This document shows, piece by piece, positions 1-10,578 of a DNA stretch of 64,000 nt (within the stretch, counting starts at the first letter, position 1; each line of letters begins with the position of its first letter). Below the pieces are notes generated by a model, which saw only the letters and a program-made list of their open reading frames with translations, ran no database searches and was not told where the DNA came from. Source of the DNA: Eutreptiella sp. 'Long Island Sound 2002' (taxonomy: Eukaryota; Protista; Euglenida); assembly GCA_964036045.1 (NCBI GenBank), contig OZ038378.1:41230001-41294000 (forward strand), read 5' to 3'. The position numbers and the translations under genes were made by a program.

Positions 1-1188
1 ACACCCTCACTTGGTCAATGTTGAAGGGGGGGGGGTTTCGACGGCCCAGTTGACTGAGCGCCCGACCGAGCCGTCAATTAGCCGTAAGTGTGCCAGCCCA
101 CCTGCCTCTCACTTAGCTCTCACCTGCTCTCACTGAGCGCGCGAAACGGCTCACTAAGCGCTCATTGACAGCTAATTAGGGGCTCACTTAGGGCCCCCTT
201 TTAGCCCGCCCCCCCCCCCCTTACGGCTCTCCCCCCCGTCCGCCCACCCACCCATTCCCCCTGGGTCCCATAGGTCCATCTTCTCTTGCCACATCATGTC
301 CAGCATCATCATAGGCCTAGAGCCCACAGCTTCAAAGGCTCTCTCGTCTTTTCCTAGTTGCCCCCGGGTACGTACCGTATTCACGGAGCTAGCGTACCCC
401 GGGGTGCCTTCGCAAGACCTTGAGCCAGCACCTCTCCGCCCCTTCCCCAGAGGAGGTTCTCATCAAGATGTTTGACCCTTTTGGGAAAGAGTTGGATGTC
501 CCGTGGCAACAAAATATTGCGATTGGTGCATCCAACAAATCGTGTCGTTCGGTTCTGCTTTCCTGTGGACGGTGTGCCGGATTTGTGTCAGCTACACCGA
601 TGATCGGGGGCCATCAAGTGGGGGTGAACGCCATGGATGCATGTGTGTAGTGAGTGATGGGAGGCATTTGCTGCCACGTCCCATGTGACGTGGAAGGATG
701 ATTTCAAACTTCAATTTGTAAGTATACAAACTTTAGTTTGGCTCCATTGCCATTATCACCTACGGGGCGTGTCGGCATACTTCGTTCATAAAGCACACAT
801 GACAAGGAGAAATTGGGTAATTGGAATATTCTTTCCTATATAGAGCATACTACACACCCACAATGGTAGAATGCCGCATAACGCAATCTAGATTCTTTTG
901 GTCCTAGCAGCTCCAAAGGTACATAGAACTGGCCATCGCCGAAATCACCATGCATGACAAAGGGATCAGTCCATATCCCCAATTCGAAAGCTGCCAATAC
1001 AAATCCAAACTCTTGATACATACCACGAACTTGTAGGCAAGGATGCAAAACAACACAAACCGGTGCACTAGAAATGAGGACAAAGCATGCATGGATGCAT
1101 ACCAAGGCTCATTGTTACTCGCACTACTATGCCGCTTTGGTACAGTCCAAATTTTCGCGCAACGCGCACACTGCACACAGTACACCCC

Positions 1189-1351
1189 CCCCCCCCCCCC
1201 GGCGCACAGCCAGCAACCACCTGGTGTGGTACAGAACTGGTCTACGCTGCAGTGCAACAAGCAAAACACTGAACAATGTGGTTATGACCATGCGCCTGTG
1301 ACACGGGGGCGTATGCGAGCCCAGTTTCCGTTGCCTCATGGCCCCCCGGCG
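1189..1351 (+). mobile_element. Short 5'-truncated insertion with 13-bp TSD
   Basis: CACAGTACACCCC occurs at 1176-1188 and 1352-1364. The insert matches ~6360-6510 and ~47220-47372 and shares their 3' end (GTTGCCTCATGGCC). Confidence 0.7.
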
Positions 1352-1364
1352 CACAGTACACCCC

Positions 1365-1897
1365 TCTAGCAACCAATTGGGTTGGAATCTCTCCAACACG
1401 CCTTCCACACGAGTGATGGACAAAGGGTGAAAAAGTGCCCCACCATTATCAAGAAGATTGCAGCAACCATCTTGAGCGGCTCGGGGCAACGGGCCCGGTT
1501 GCAAAAGCATTTGACCATGGCGGCAAGGCACCTTGACTAGGGTTGGGGGAAGACCTTGTGGACACACATGTTGATTGGCCACATGTATGCATATGGTGCA
1601 CAATGGAGGACCATTGCAAGGTTTAGTTGTGCATTGGAGGGCACGCATGTGCGACTGAAGCGGCTGCTTAGTAATAGTGGGGGGATAAGCTTGTTGAATG
1701 ACAAATCGGGGTTGCAGTGTGGCATGGACAACCGCACATTGGATGATAACCTCCATAAGGAGGGTCGGGAGGTTGGAAGTAGGGCGGTGACCAAGCAAAG
1801 GGGGTTCCAACGGCAGTGCATGACTTGGTCACGTGCCCAGCGGGTGAGCAAAGTGGGGCACAACATGGTGAAGAGGATTGTGGAACGTGCATTGTGA
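1365..1897 (+). pseudogene. C-terminal fragment of a DDE-type transposase (H-x4-H...E motif)
   Basis: Translation WTHMLIGHMYAYGAQWRTIARFSCALEGTHVRLKR resembles the RAG1/Transib HKTLAH...SEGNE catalytic-Glu region. In-frame stops occur upstream. Confidence 0.5.
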
Positions 1898-2418
1898 CAA
1901 AGAAGTTGTTGGGAATGTGAAAGTAGGATTTTTATGCCCGTGCACATTCAGTGAGCCCTGAGTAAGCCCCTAATTAGCTCTTAGTGAGCGCTCAGTGAGC
2001 CGTTTCGCGCGCTGAGCGAGCGCTAAATGGGAGCCAAAACAGCTAAGTGAGCCGCTTCACTAACGGTTGTGTGGCGGCACGTCCAGGGACGCGTGTCGCC
2101 TTGGTTCCCACCACCGCCCCCTGCAGCAGCTCACTCTTTCGCCGGTATCATTGGCTCGCGGTAGGTGTGTCTCGTCATCTTATTGATCTTTACCGGCCTA
2201 CCCCCACCCCTCCCGCCCTTGTGCGTGGCAAAAAAATCTCCATCACCACCCCCTACAGCTTTGCGCTACGCGACGTGCTCCGTCAGCCGGTTGCAGCAAC
2301 TGCGTCTCCTCCTCCTCTGCTTTGGCGGAGGGGCCATGTATGCAGTAGGAATCCAACCGGCGCCTTCACGGCACGAGACTGGTGACTCAACTAATGACAC
2401 AGCACCCACCAAAGGACA

Positions 2419-2439
2419 ACACACACACACACACACACA
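2419..2439. repeat. (AC)n microsatellite
   Basis: Direct reading; sits immediately 5' of a LINE fragment. Confidence 0.95.
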
Positions 2440-2442
2440 GGG

Positions 2443-5066
2443 GTGAACGCGAAGAAATCTGTCGGCTTCTCGTCTGACGCCCGTCACCCAGTGAAGGCAG
2501 CACTACAGGGGGTGCCCTTCCCTATGTCTTCTGAGTTTAAGTCCCTGGGCGCGGGGGTCCGCACCACGGACGCGACTTTTTCGGGACCGCTCATCAAGAA
2601 AAGGATTTCCAGAGCCTGCGGCCTCCTGGATAGGGTGCATGGTGCTCAGGGCAATTTTGAAAGGAGATGCGACATCATCTCCACAATGATCACGGCCACT
2701 GGCCTGCACGCAGCAGAAAATAGTGCCACTTCAGCCCAAAGACCTCCTGCCCTTCGAGACTAAGGTCATGCAGACCATTTGGGGACGGTCACGGCCCGGC
2801 AGGGCCAAAGAAATCTTTTTCACCTTGCTGTGCAAAGGACACCGGATTGCACCTAGCTTGGTACTTAAGTATCATCGCATCCTGTGGTTATCTCAGCTGT
2901 GTCGCACGAGGGGTGCTGGACAGATCACAGCCCAAGCCATTTGGGAGATGACAACATTTCACAAAGGCTCCGGCCCATACGGCTGAGCCTTGTCCACAGC
3001 ACAGGAGTGTGGCTGGGTCGCTACGCAGGGATGGTGGGGATGGAAAGTGCCTGGGCGCCAGGAACCCCTCCTCCTATACGGGGATAAAAACACTATCAAG
3101 CACGAGGTGCGTGAACAGTTGCGCTCGCAAATATTGGACAGCCTGGTTCGGAGGCGTCCCCGCCTTTTCGCGGGGGCTCATTACACCACATGCCGGCGCC
3201 TGGTCCAGCCCAGCATAGTGTCATTTGCCACAGAGTTACAGCGCTCTATCCTGCGGGGCATCCTATCAGGAGCAACCTGGACTGCCCTCCGGGCCTATCA
3301 ACGTGGCATGAGAGCCACATCCACGTGCCCGTACTGTGGCAATGCTCAGGAAAACGAGGAGCACATTTTTTGGCAGTGTTCAGCCTGCAGTACGGTGCAG
3401 GACACCCACCTGCCGGGCATCAGGACGGCGGCAGCACAGATCACAGGCCTTCCCCTCATGGACCAGTGGCCCCCATGTTTACGACTTTGTGGATTAGCTA
3501 GACACAGACAGCGTCAAGTCAGGGACATCGCTCGCATTCATGACAGCTCTGCACAATATGTTAGTAGCCGTTTTGCAGGCCCGCAAGTTACGAGACACAC
3601 AATCCCCCATGCTTTTCATGGGGTCGAGCCTCTCACAGCAGCTTCGGCAATACCCGTACCACCAACTGGTGGGACCCCTCCCCAGACCGGAAGACAAAGG
3701 GTTACTTCTTTTGCGTACCCCTAAGAAGGTGGAATGGCAGTGGGAAATGCCCTTTTTGGCGGACCTGCTATGCTGGCTGAGGGAACTGCACTGGGCCCCT
3801 GAACCAGGCACAGTGACGTTCTTGGAACTCGCACTGGACTTTGAGAAATTTGCGCAACGCACCCTCCCACACGCTCCACAGGCAAAATTCAAGGGCACCA
3901 CCCTTTCACCGCAAGAGAGAGGCCGGGTCTTACGACTGGCAATGGCAAATGCGCAGCGCCTGGTCACCAAAGGCCATTTGCATCCGGCGCGTGTGGTCAC
4001 ACGCTGCAGCTCTTTAGCTCCTTTGGGGGGGCCGGCACTCTGCGGCCTGAACTGCCGCCCCTATTTCACCTACCGCAGTGCCATGAACATGCACGTTCAG
4101 CAGTTAGCGGCAAACTGTGAGCGCACGTGGGCCACCAAGGTTGGTCTCAACAGAATACACAAACTGCGCCCGTACACACATAGGCCACGCAGAACAGCGC
4201 AGGAAGTGGAGGAGCATCGACTACAGCGTGCACTCCAGGGGATTCTGCAGTTGGGGCTGGCTCCGTCCTCGGAGCACACCACTTACGCCAAAGGGGGGGG
4301 GGCTGCTCCTCCTTTGCAGCTGATTTCTTCCCTGTGATAGGGGATGGGAAGCTCCCGCACCGCCCCTACACCGGGACACGCAGGCGCGCAAACACACACA
4401 GGGCGCCACCACCGGCGCCGCCGGCTGATCCGTCAAAGTGTGCCCAGCACTCTGCTGACGCATGCACGACCTGCAAGAGACTTCGGCGCACAGCTGAAGC
4501 ATGCTGTGCGCTGGGACATCACGCTGATGACCACATAGCACGCAGACCGCAACTGCAACTGTGCCCACTGCATGGCCTCCCACCGTGCCCGAGGTGGACA
4601 CTCAAGCAAAGGGGAGTGCGCCACTGCTGTCAGCGGGGACACCATAAAGTGTGCACCCCGGTGCCTGCGCGCCGGAAGCGCTCACTTGCTGCACATGCAC
4701 AACTGCCCCACAAACGACCACGCCTGCAAGGGCCTGCACGTATCTCTACGGGTCTGATGAGGTCCCCACACCAACCCCCCACCCCTCCAGCCCCCAAACG
4801 CAGGAGGCCCAAAACACCGCCCCCTCCGTCCCCACCAGCCCCAGTTCCACGGGGGCCGGAGGAGACCGTGGCCGAGGATGTCGCCCGCCCGCCTTTCGTG
4901 ACGAGGCATGGGGGAGCAAACACTCTGGATACCTAGCCAGCAAAATACAGAGGTTCTGATTCCGCAGAAGGGAGGGAAACAACGTCACAAAGAGGCCTCA
5001 GCAGACCTGAGCCAAATGAGGCGTCCAGCCCAACGCTGCACAAGGATCCACCTCTAAAAGTACATG

Positions 5067-5099
<33 letters not shown>
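2443..5099 (+). mobile_element. 5'-truncated, frameshifted non-LTR retrotransposon (LINE) 3' half
   Basis: RT C-terminal FKSLG-like segment (2443-2763), zf-RVT-like CPYCG...ENEEHIFWQC (2990-3724) and TFLELALDFE tail (3540-4337). Ends in a (CA)n tract at 5068-5100. Confidence 0.8.
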
Positions 5100-5101
<2 letters not shown>

Positions 5102-5654
5102 ACATAGCACGCAGACCGCAAGTGCAGCTATGCCCACTGCATGGCCTGCCACCATGCTCGAGGTGCACACTCAAGCAAAGGGGAGTGCGCCACTGCTGTC
5201 AGCGGGGACACCATAAAGTGTGCACCCCAGTGCCTACGCACCGGAAGCGCCCACTTGCTGCACATTCACAACCGCCCAACAAACGACCATGCCTGCAAGG
5301 GCCTGCACGTATCTCTACGGGTCTGCTGAGCTCCCCACATCAACCACCCACCCCTCCAGCCCCCAAACGTAGGAGGCCGAAAACACACCTCCCTCCGTCC
5401 TCACCAGCCCCAGTGCCACAGGGGCTGGAGGAGACCGTGGCCGAGGATGTCGCACGCCCGCTTTTCGTGACGAGGCACGGGAGAGCAAACACTTTGGATA
5501 CCTGGCCAGCACATGCAGAGGTTCTGATTCCGCAGAAGGGAGGGAAACAACGTCACAAAGAGGCCTCAACAGACCTGAGCCAAATGAGGCGTCCAGCCCA
5601 ACGCTGCACAAGGATCCACCTCTAAAAGTAAAGATCACACACACACACACACAC
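4531..5654 (+). repeat. Tandem duplication (~570-bp unit) of the LINE 3' end, each copy ending in (CA)n
   Basis: CCACATAGCACGCAGACCGCA... starts at 4531 and 5100. Both units end with CCACCTCTAAAAGTA followed by (CA)n (5068-5100; 5636-5654). Confidence 0.95.
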
Positions 5655-5739
5655 GGACACATGGACACCCGTGGACGGCTATCACGTCACACCTACAGAG
5701 GTACAGGTGCAGCCACCAATTTCACCCGGTGAGAACGAT

Positions 5740-6510
5740 GTGTACGTACCCGATATCTATTCAGTGATGGTCCAATTAAAATGGACCCTGAAGACTCAGC
5801 CCTAACAAATATGCAGATTGAGTGGCGGCCCAAGAGTGGTGACAAGTGGCACCCATTCCAATGGGAGGCGATCCTCCGTTGCCCAACGGCAAAAGGCCAC
5901 AGGGCGGTGCCATCCTCAGTGAGCAGGAATGGAGACAGCCTGCACATGTGGTTGACGGGTCGAGCTGACCTTATAAAGCTGTTTCAAAAAACGCTCTTCA
6001 GGCATGCAAACCTGGTCACAAGGGACGCTGTTCGGTTCCTTTACACGTTGCTGAGCACGCCGCCATGCGAAAGGCAATATGCCTTAGTTGAATCGGCAAG
6101 CAAAGGGGGGCGTAAGATGAGGTAGAGACACGGGGAAGAGAGGGACAGAGAGAAATTGGAGGGTGGTTGAAGAGGAAGAGAAACCCCCTTGGGAGGGTGA
6201 GGAGTAAGACAAACCCCCTTGGGTGCGTGAAGAGGACGAAACACACACAGAGAGACGCCATCAGAGCGAAAGATCAGTGAGAGAGACACCCGCAGAGCAA
6301 GAGGTTAGATTCTAACCGGCGCCGTGGGAGGGTGGTGAGTGCGAGCCGACCCAGATGCCCAGGCAACCAAAGCACATTCAAAAGCCACCCGGAGTGGCAC
6401 CGAACTGGTTTGCGCTGCAGTGCAGCAAGGCAAACAATGAAATGAGTGGTGATGACCATGCGCCGGTGACACGGGGGCGTATGCGAGGCTAATATGCGTT
6501 GCCTCATGGC
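5740..6510 (+). mobile_element. Dispersed repeat, copy 1 (ORF remnant + GA-rich tract + conserved 3' end)
   Basis: ORF 5781-6125 (WRPKSGDKWHPFQWEAIL...WLTGRADLIK) is near-identical to 46314-46670; the 3' end matches 47220-47372 and 1200-1346. Confidence 0.85.
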
Positions 6511-6899
6511 CGATATGTTTTGCATGGCATGTGCAAGGCGCCACCGGTCAGCCGGAATTACCGGAAGAACATCACATTCGGACTAAGGGCTGAAAGTGCC
6601 TATGGCGGGGGCATTCAGTCACTTAGATGCCGACCATCAACCCCCCTAAGAGGTGGCTCAGCTGGGTTGCTCACTCACCCGCCGCAACCCCCCCGCCCCC
6701 CCGGTCAAGTCCCCTCAAAGTAGGGATTAGAATCACTTTGGGGACATCCTAACACCTCATCCAAGCCCCGAAAGCCACAAAGTTTCACATTAACCCCCTT
6801 GAAGAACACCAATTAGCCTCCAACGAGCCGTCTTAGCCCCAAATGGGCCCCAACTTTACATTTCCAAGTGAGTTGCAGGTGCATATCCTGCTGCACACT

Positions 6900-7450
6900 G
6901 CCATGCGAGAAGAATCGTTCACGGATGGGGCGCACCACAACTCCTCGACGGGAGACAAATTCACAATGGTAACCGGTATTGGTGACGCCCCAGAGAGGCT
7001 ACCGCGGCAAGAGCAGGAGGCTCAATGCCTATGGGTGATCCTAGAGACCAAGCTCCGAGTGGTGAGACCGGTCGGCGCAACCGTAGAGTTTGACAGTGGG
7101 GGAATCATCCGTAAGATTCTTCGGAAGGCAGCACGTGCGATCATTGATAAGTTTCGATTTTTCCAAGTCGTCCGCACTACGTCGCTAGACAAGGACATGT
7201 GCAGCAAGAGTTCCTCCGGGATGCACGTGCGGTCACGTTCCTCTTGAGCAACACAGCCCGCCAGACCCCATACCAAGACCAGACAATAAGGTATCTCCAA
7301 AACCCCCGGATATATGCACATAGCATTTCAGTGCCACGCCGAACATACGGCATCCTAGTCCCCACGGTCACACAAAAATTGGCCCAGTTCTATTGGTTCA
7401 TCAATGGGAGAGCGTTAGCGCGCCGACAAGCGCCAGGCGCGCGCCACACA
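6900..7450 (+). pseudogene. Degenerate paralogue of the unknown ORF at 19014-20148
   Basis: EESFT...LWVILETKLR...FQVVRTTS and LQNPRIY...QFYWFIN align with EESFT...LWVTLETKLR...FQVARTTS and QNPQVF...QFYLFVN. Confidence 0.85.
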
Positions 7451-8422
7451 TCATTTTTGACCCGTACCGCACCGTTCTCCTTTTAGGAGGTGCACTAAGC
7501 GTAGTGCCCGCACAGTGTAACTATTTGGACGTCACGCCGTCCTAGAACCCCATACTTTGTGACGCTATGGGCATTATTGTTGTTTGAAAACGGGTATTTT
7601 CATAATTATTGCACAGTTTCACAGACTCCATACCCATCACTTCCATTGGTGAGATCTTGGGTGCCGACGTGTGGAATCCTAAGTATGCGTCGCATGTATG
7701 TAATGTGCCTGTTGCCGTTGATATGTTGGCAACATAATATGGATATGCCCCTTGGCCCCCGGGACATCAGCTGATGTTTTCATTTGGGAAGGGTATGGAC
7801 TTTCTTGTACCCGAGGTAATTTCTTTGATTTTGAAGTTTGGGGCCATGTCGGTGCTTATAAAGGCCGGATTCATGTCATCGTGCCACCCATTGCAACAAA
7901 GAATGGCTCGTTGACAACCCGCCAACAATGTTACAATGACCTGCACAGGTGGTATAGGGTACGAATTGAACAGCTGTTTGCTTGCTTGTGGCATTGGGGC
8001 TTGGTTAGGAACATCTGGCTTGCGGCCCCAATGACTGCAGTCTATATTTCATTGCCTGTTGTTGCTTAGGCACAGTATCCATCCCCACGTCCATCCCCAC
8101 CATGACATCTCACCGTGTCCGTCAAGGTCACTGCCCCAATGTGACCGTGCGTACGGGGCAGGGGTTGTCATCAATGGCCATGCACATCCAACCAGCCACA
8201 AGATGAACCCCACCTTCAGCCCCGCAATGGCCGATTACACACCTTCATTGATGTCACAACGCCAATATGACGGAGTGTACGGGGGGGGGGGGGGGTCATC
8301 ACCGCTGACTTTGCAAGCCCAACTGATCACAACACATTTGCTCGAAGATCAGAGCCCCAATACAGCTGAGTGTACGGGGCAGGCCCGTCACCACTAGCTG
8401 AGATGACAATATCAACGGCCAG

Positions 8423-8986
8423 ATGACCGACCGCACCTCCAACTTGGACAGCATGGTTCTTTTTGAACACCCCAAGAACACAGCCTCCACCATCACCAAC
8501 CGTCTCACCACCAGCACCGCCCCTTATGTAGCAAGGAGTTCCGCAGAGCTGAATGAGGCCTACTCCTTTGTGAGCAGTGGTGACCTGCAAGTTATTGAGG
8601 GGTTGGCAGGGTTCGCCCCTTCCGTAGCCATGTTTGCCTCGAGCGACCGGGAGACACAGCAAACTCGCTACGACTCCACCCACCTCGTAAAGCGGATCCC
8701 GGGGGTTGTGGCATTAGGTGGCTCCTCGAACCCTGCTGGGGTGTCTAAGATGAAAGGTCCTAAGCAGTTGATGTATGCCTTTGAAGAACCGATGGAACAA
8801 AGGTGCACCGCGATGCTCGCGGCCCTCGGGTCCCCATTCGACAAAGAGTTCCATGTGATCTTCCCAAGGAACAACAAACCCCGAGATCTCTCATTTCATG
8901 TGGCCCCTTGGCTAGCTCGAACCTCAGCCTCAGCCCCGACGCCAGCCCAGTCCAAGTCTCAGTGCCATCCCCAATTTGAATCTTAG
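8423..8986 (+). CDS. Hypothetical ORF (187 aa), function unrecognised; could be an exon or TE remnant
   Basis: Open, protein-like composition over ~160 aa before running into a hexamer array. No motif recognised. Confidence 0.25.
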   Translation: MTDRTSNLDSMVLFEHPKNTASTITNRLTTSTAPYVARSSAELNEAYSFVSSGDLQVIEGLAGFAPSVAMFASSDRETQQTRYDSTHLVKRIPGVVALGGSSNPAGVSKMKGPKQLMYAFEEPMEQRCTAMLAALGSPFDKEFHVIFPRNNKPRDLSFHVAPWLARTSASAPTPAQSKSQCHPQFES

Positions 8987-9265
8987 CCCCACTCCCATCC
9001 CCAGTGCCAGTGCTAGACCCAAGTTAGCCCCAGCTCTAGCCCTGATGCCAGCCTCAGTCCAAGTTCCATTGCGAACCCCAATCTGAATCCCAACCCCACT
9101 CCCAGCCCCAAAGCCAGGCCGGGACCCAGTCCCGGCCTCATTGCTGGCCCTAGTTCAAGCCCCAGCGCCAGCCTCAATACGAATCTCAGCCCCAGTCCAA
9201 GCCCCACTGTCAGTCCCAGTCCGCAACCCAACCCCAGTGCCGGCCCTAGCAGGCCCCCGCCAAAG
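8915..9265. repeat. Degenerate 6-bp-period array (CCYAGY/CCCAAY), telomere-like
   Basis: Clear 6-bp periodicity, translating as PSPSPN.../GLGLGL... Confidence 0.85.
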
Positions 9266-9504
9266 CTCCAGGCAAAGCTATCGCCAAGGGTATGTTTGCA
9301 TGCCTGGAGTTTGCCCTCGAGAGCATTGTCCGGTTCACTAACTCCGCCGCCGGATACTATCACAACCACAACCTTCGGTTGCACTCGGGCCACCCAGGTG
9401 CTGCATGAGGCCGCCGGGTGCTAACAGGCATGCCCTGAGTACTATGTCTGTGTGGCCGCCATCGACTCCGTAAATCAGATGCAAGTGACAATTTCTATGT
9501 GCCC

Positions 9505-9795
9505 CCTACCCCAGTATTTGCCCTAGCTCCAGTGCTAGCCCAGGTGCCGGCCTCCGCCCCCGTACCAACCCCATTACAAGCCCCACTCGCAGTCCCAGCC
9601 CCAATGCCAGCCCTAGTGCCAACCCCATACCCAGTCCTAGCCGGAGTGCTAACCCCAGTCCCAATCCCATTGGCAAGCCCAGTCCCACCCCCAGTCGCGG
9701 TGCCAGCTCCAGTCGCGGCCCTGGTGCCAGCCCCAATCTACATCTCAGCCCCAGTCCGAGCCCTCGCGACGGCCCAACCCGAGATCAAGCCCTAG
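9505..9795. repeat. Second degenerate 6-bp-period array
   Basis: Same periodicity; ends in the same AGCTATCGCCMAGGGTATGT as the first array (9276-9295 and 9800-9819). Confidence 0.85.
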
Positions 9796-9854
9796 TGCCA
9801 GCTATCGCCCAGGGTATGTCTCCGTGTGTGGAACTCGCCTCCGAGGAGAACAGC

Positions 9855-10229
9855 AACGGCAACAACGTACACAAGAGGCGTAGGACAGAGTAGGACAGTA
9901 TGTTGTGAGAGAGAGGAGGAGAAAGCACACAATGAACCAAAATGGAGGTTGAAGGGATGAGAGCACTTTGGAAGGTAAGATGACTCTATGGGTCTCAGCA
10001 ACACAGGAGAATACGTGAGCTTCACCAACAACATAAGGCCGTTGCGTAGTGCATATGCAAGGGTTAGACCAAGCAAGTAGTGAACAGAGACGACTCCCCA
10101 GGTAAAGCTGGAACACATGCCAAATGTGGAGCCCTCATTTGTGCTGTATGCCATACTGCTTGAACGAGGCGGTTGCCTGAGAGCTCACATTACCCTGTTT
10201 GAACTTGTTGAGCCTGAGCAAAAAAAAAA
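9855..10229 (+). mobile_element. 375-bp retroposed insertion with A10 tail and 25-bp TSD
   Basis: GGAACTCGCCTCCGAGGAGAACAGC occurs at 9830-9854 and 10230-10254; an A-run at 10220-10229 abuts the second copy. Confidence 0.75.
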
Positions 10230-10578
10230 GGAACTCGCCTCCGAGGAGAACAGCTTCATGCCCAACAAAAAAACCGTCCGTTTCACAAGCCCCCCCGCCG
10301 GATACCATGGAAACGGGAAGCTGCCCGTGTCCAGCTGCATTGCCGCCATCCAGGTACTCCACGAGACTGATGAGTGGAAACAGGCGGATCCTTAGTGTTA
10401 CAGTGATGCCTACACTCTAGACCCTTTCGATTCCATGGGGTTTGGCTGCCTACCCTAGCGCCACTGCTCAGCTCACGGGTATGCATGTCCATCATGGTCG
10501 CTTGGGCATGCTTTTTGCATTGGACTACAACCTGCATACCATAGCGACTGGCCAACGCCCCCCCCCCCCTGTTATAAG

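Larger units (their letters stand above)
108..2051 (+). mobile_element. Degenerate TIR DNA transposon (cut-and-paste remnant)
   Basis: 129-194 is the reverse complement of 1955-2020 (about 8 mismatches in 66 bp). CTCACTTAGCT (108-118) is inverted at 2041-2051. CTCACTNAG-type motifs recur at both ends, and a transposase-like fragment lies inside. Confidence 0.7.

Noticed and set aside
9013-9795. Pro/Val/Gly-Leu-rich ORFs (9013-9393, 9499-9795, 9506-9736) as surface or structural proteins
   Set aside because: These are translation by-products of 6-bp-period arrays and are open on both strands.
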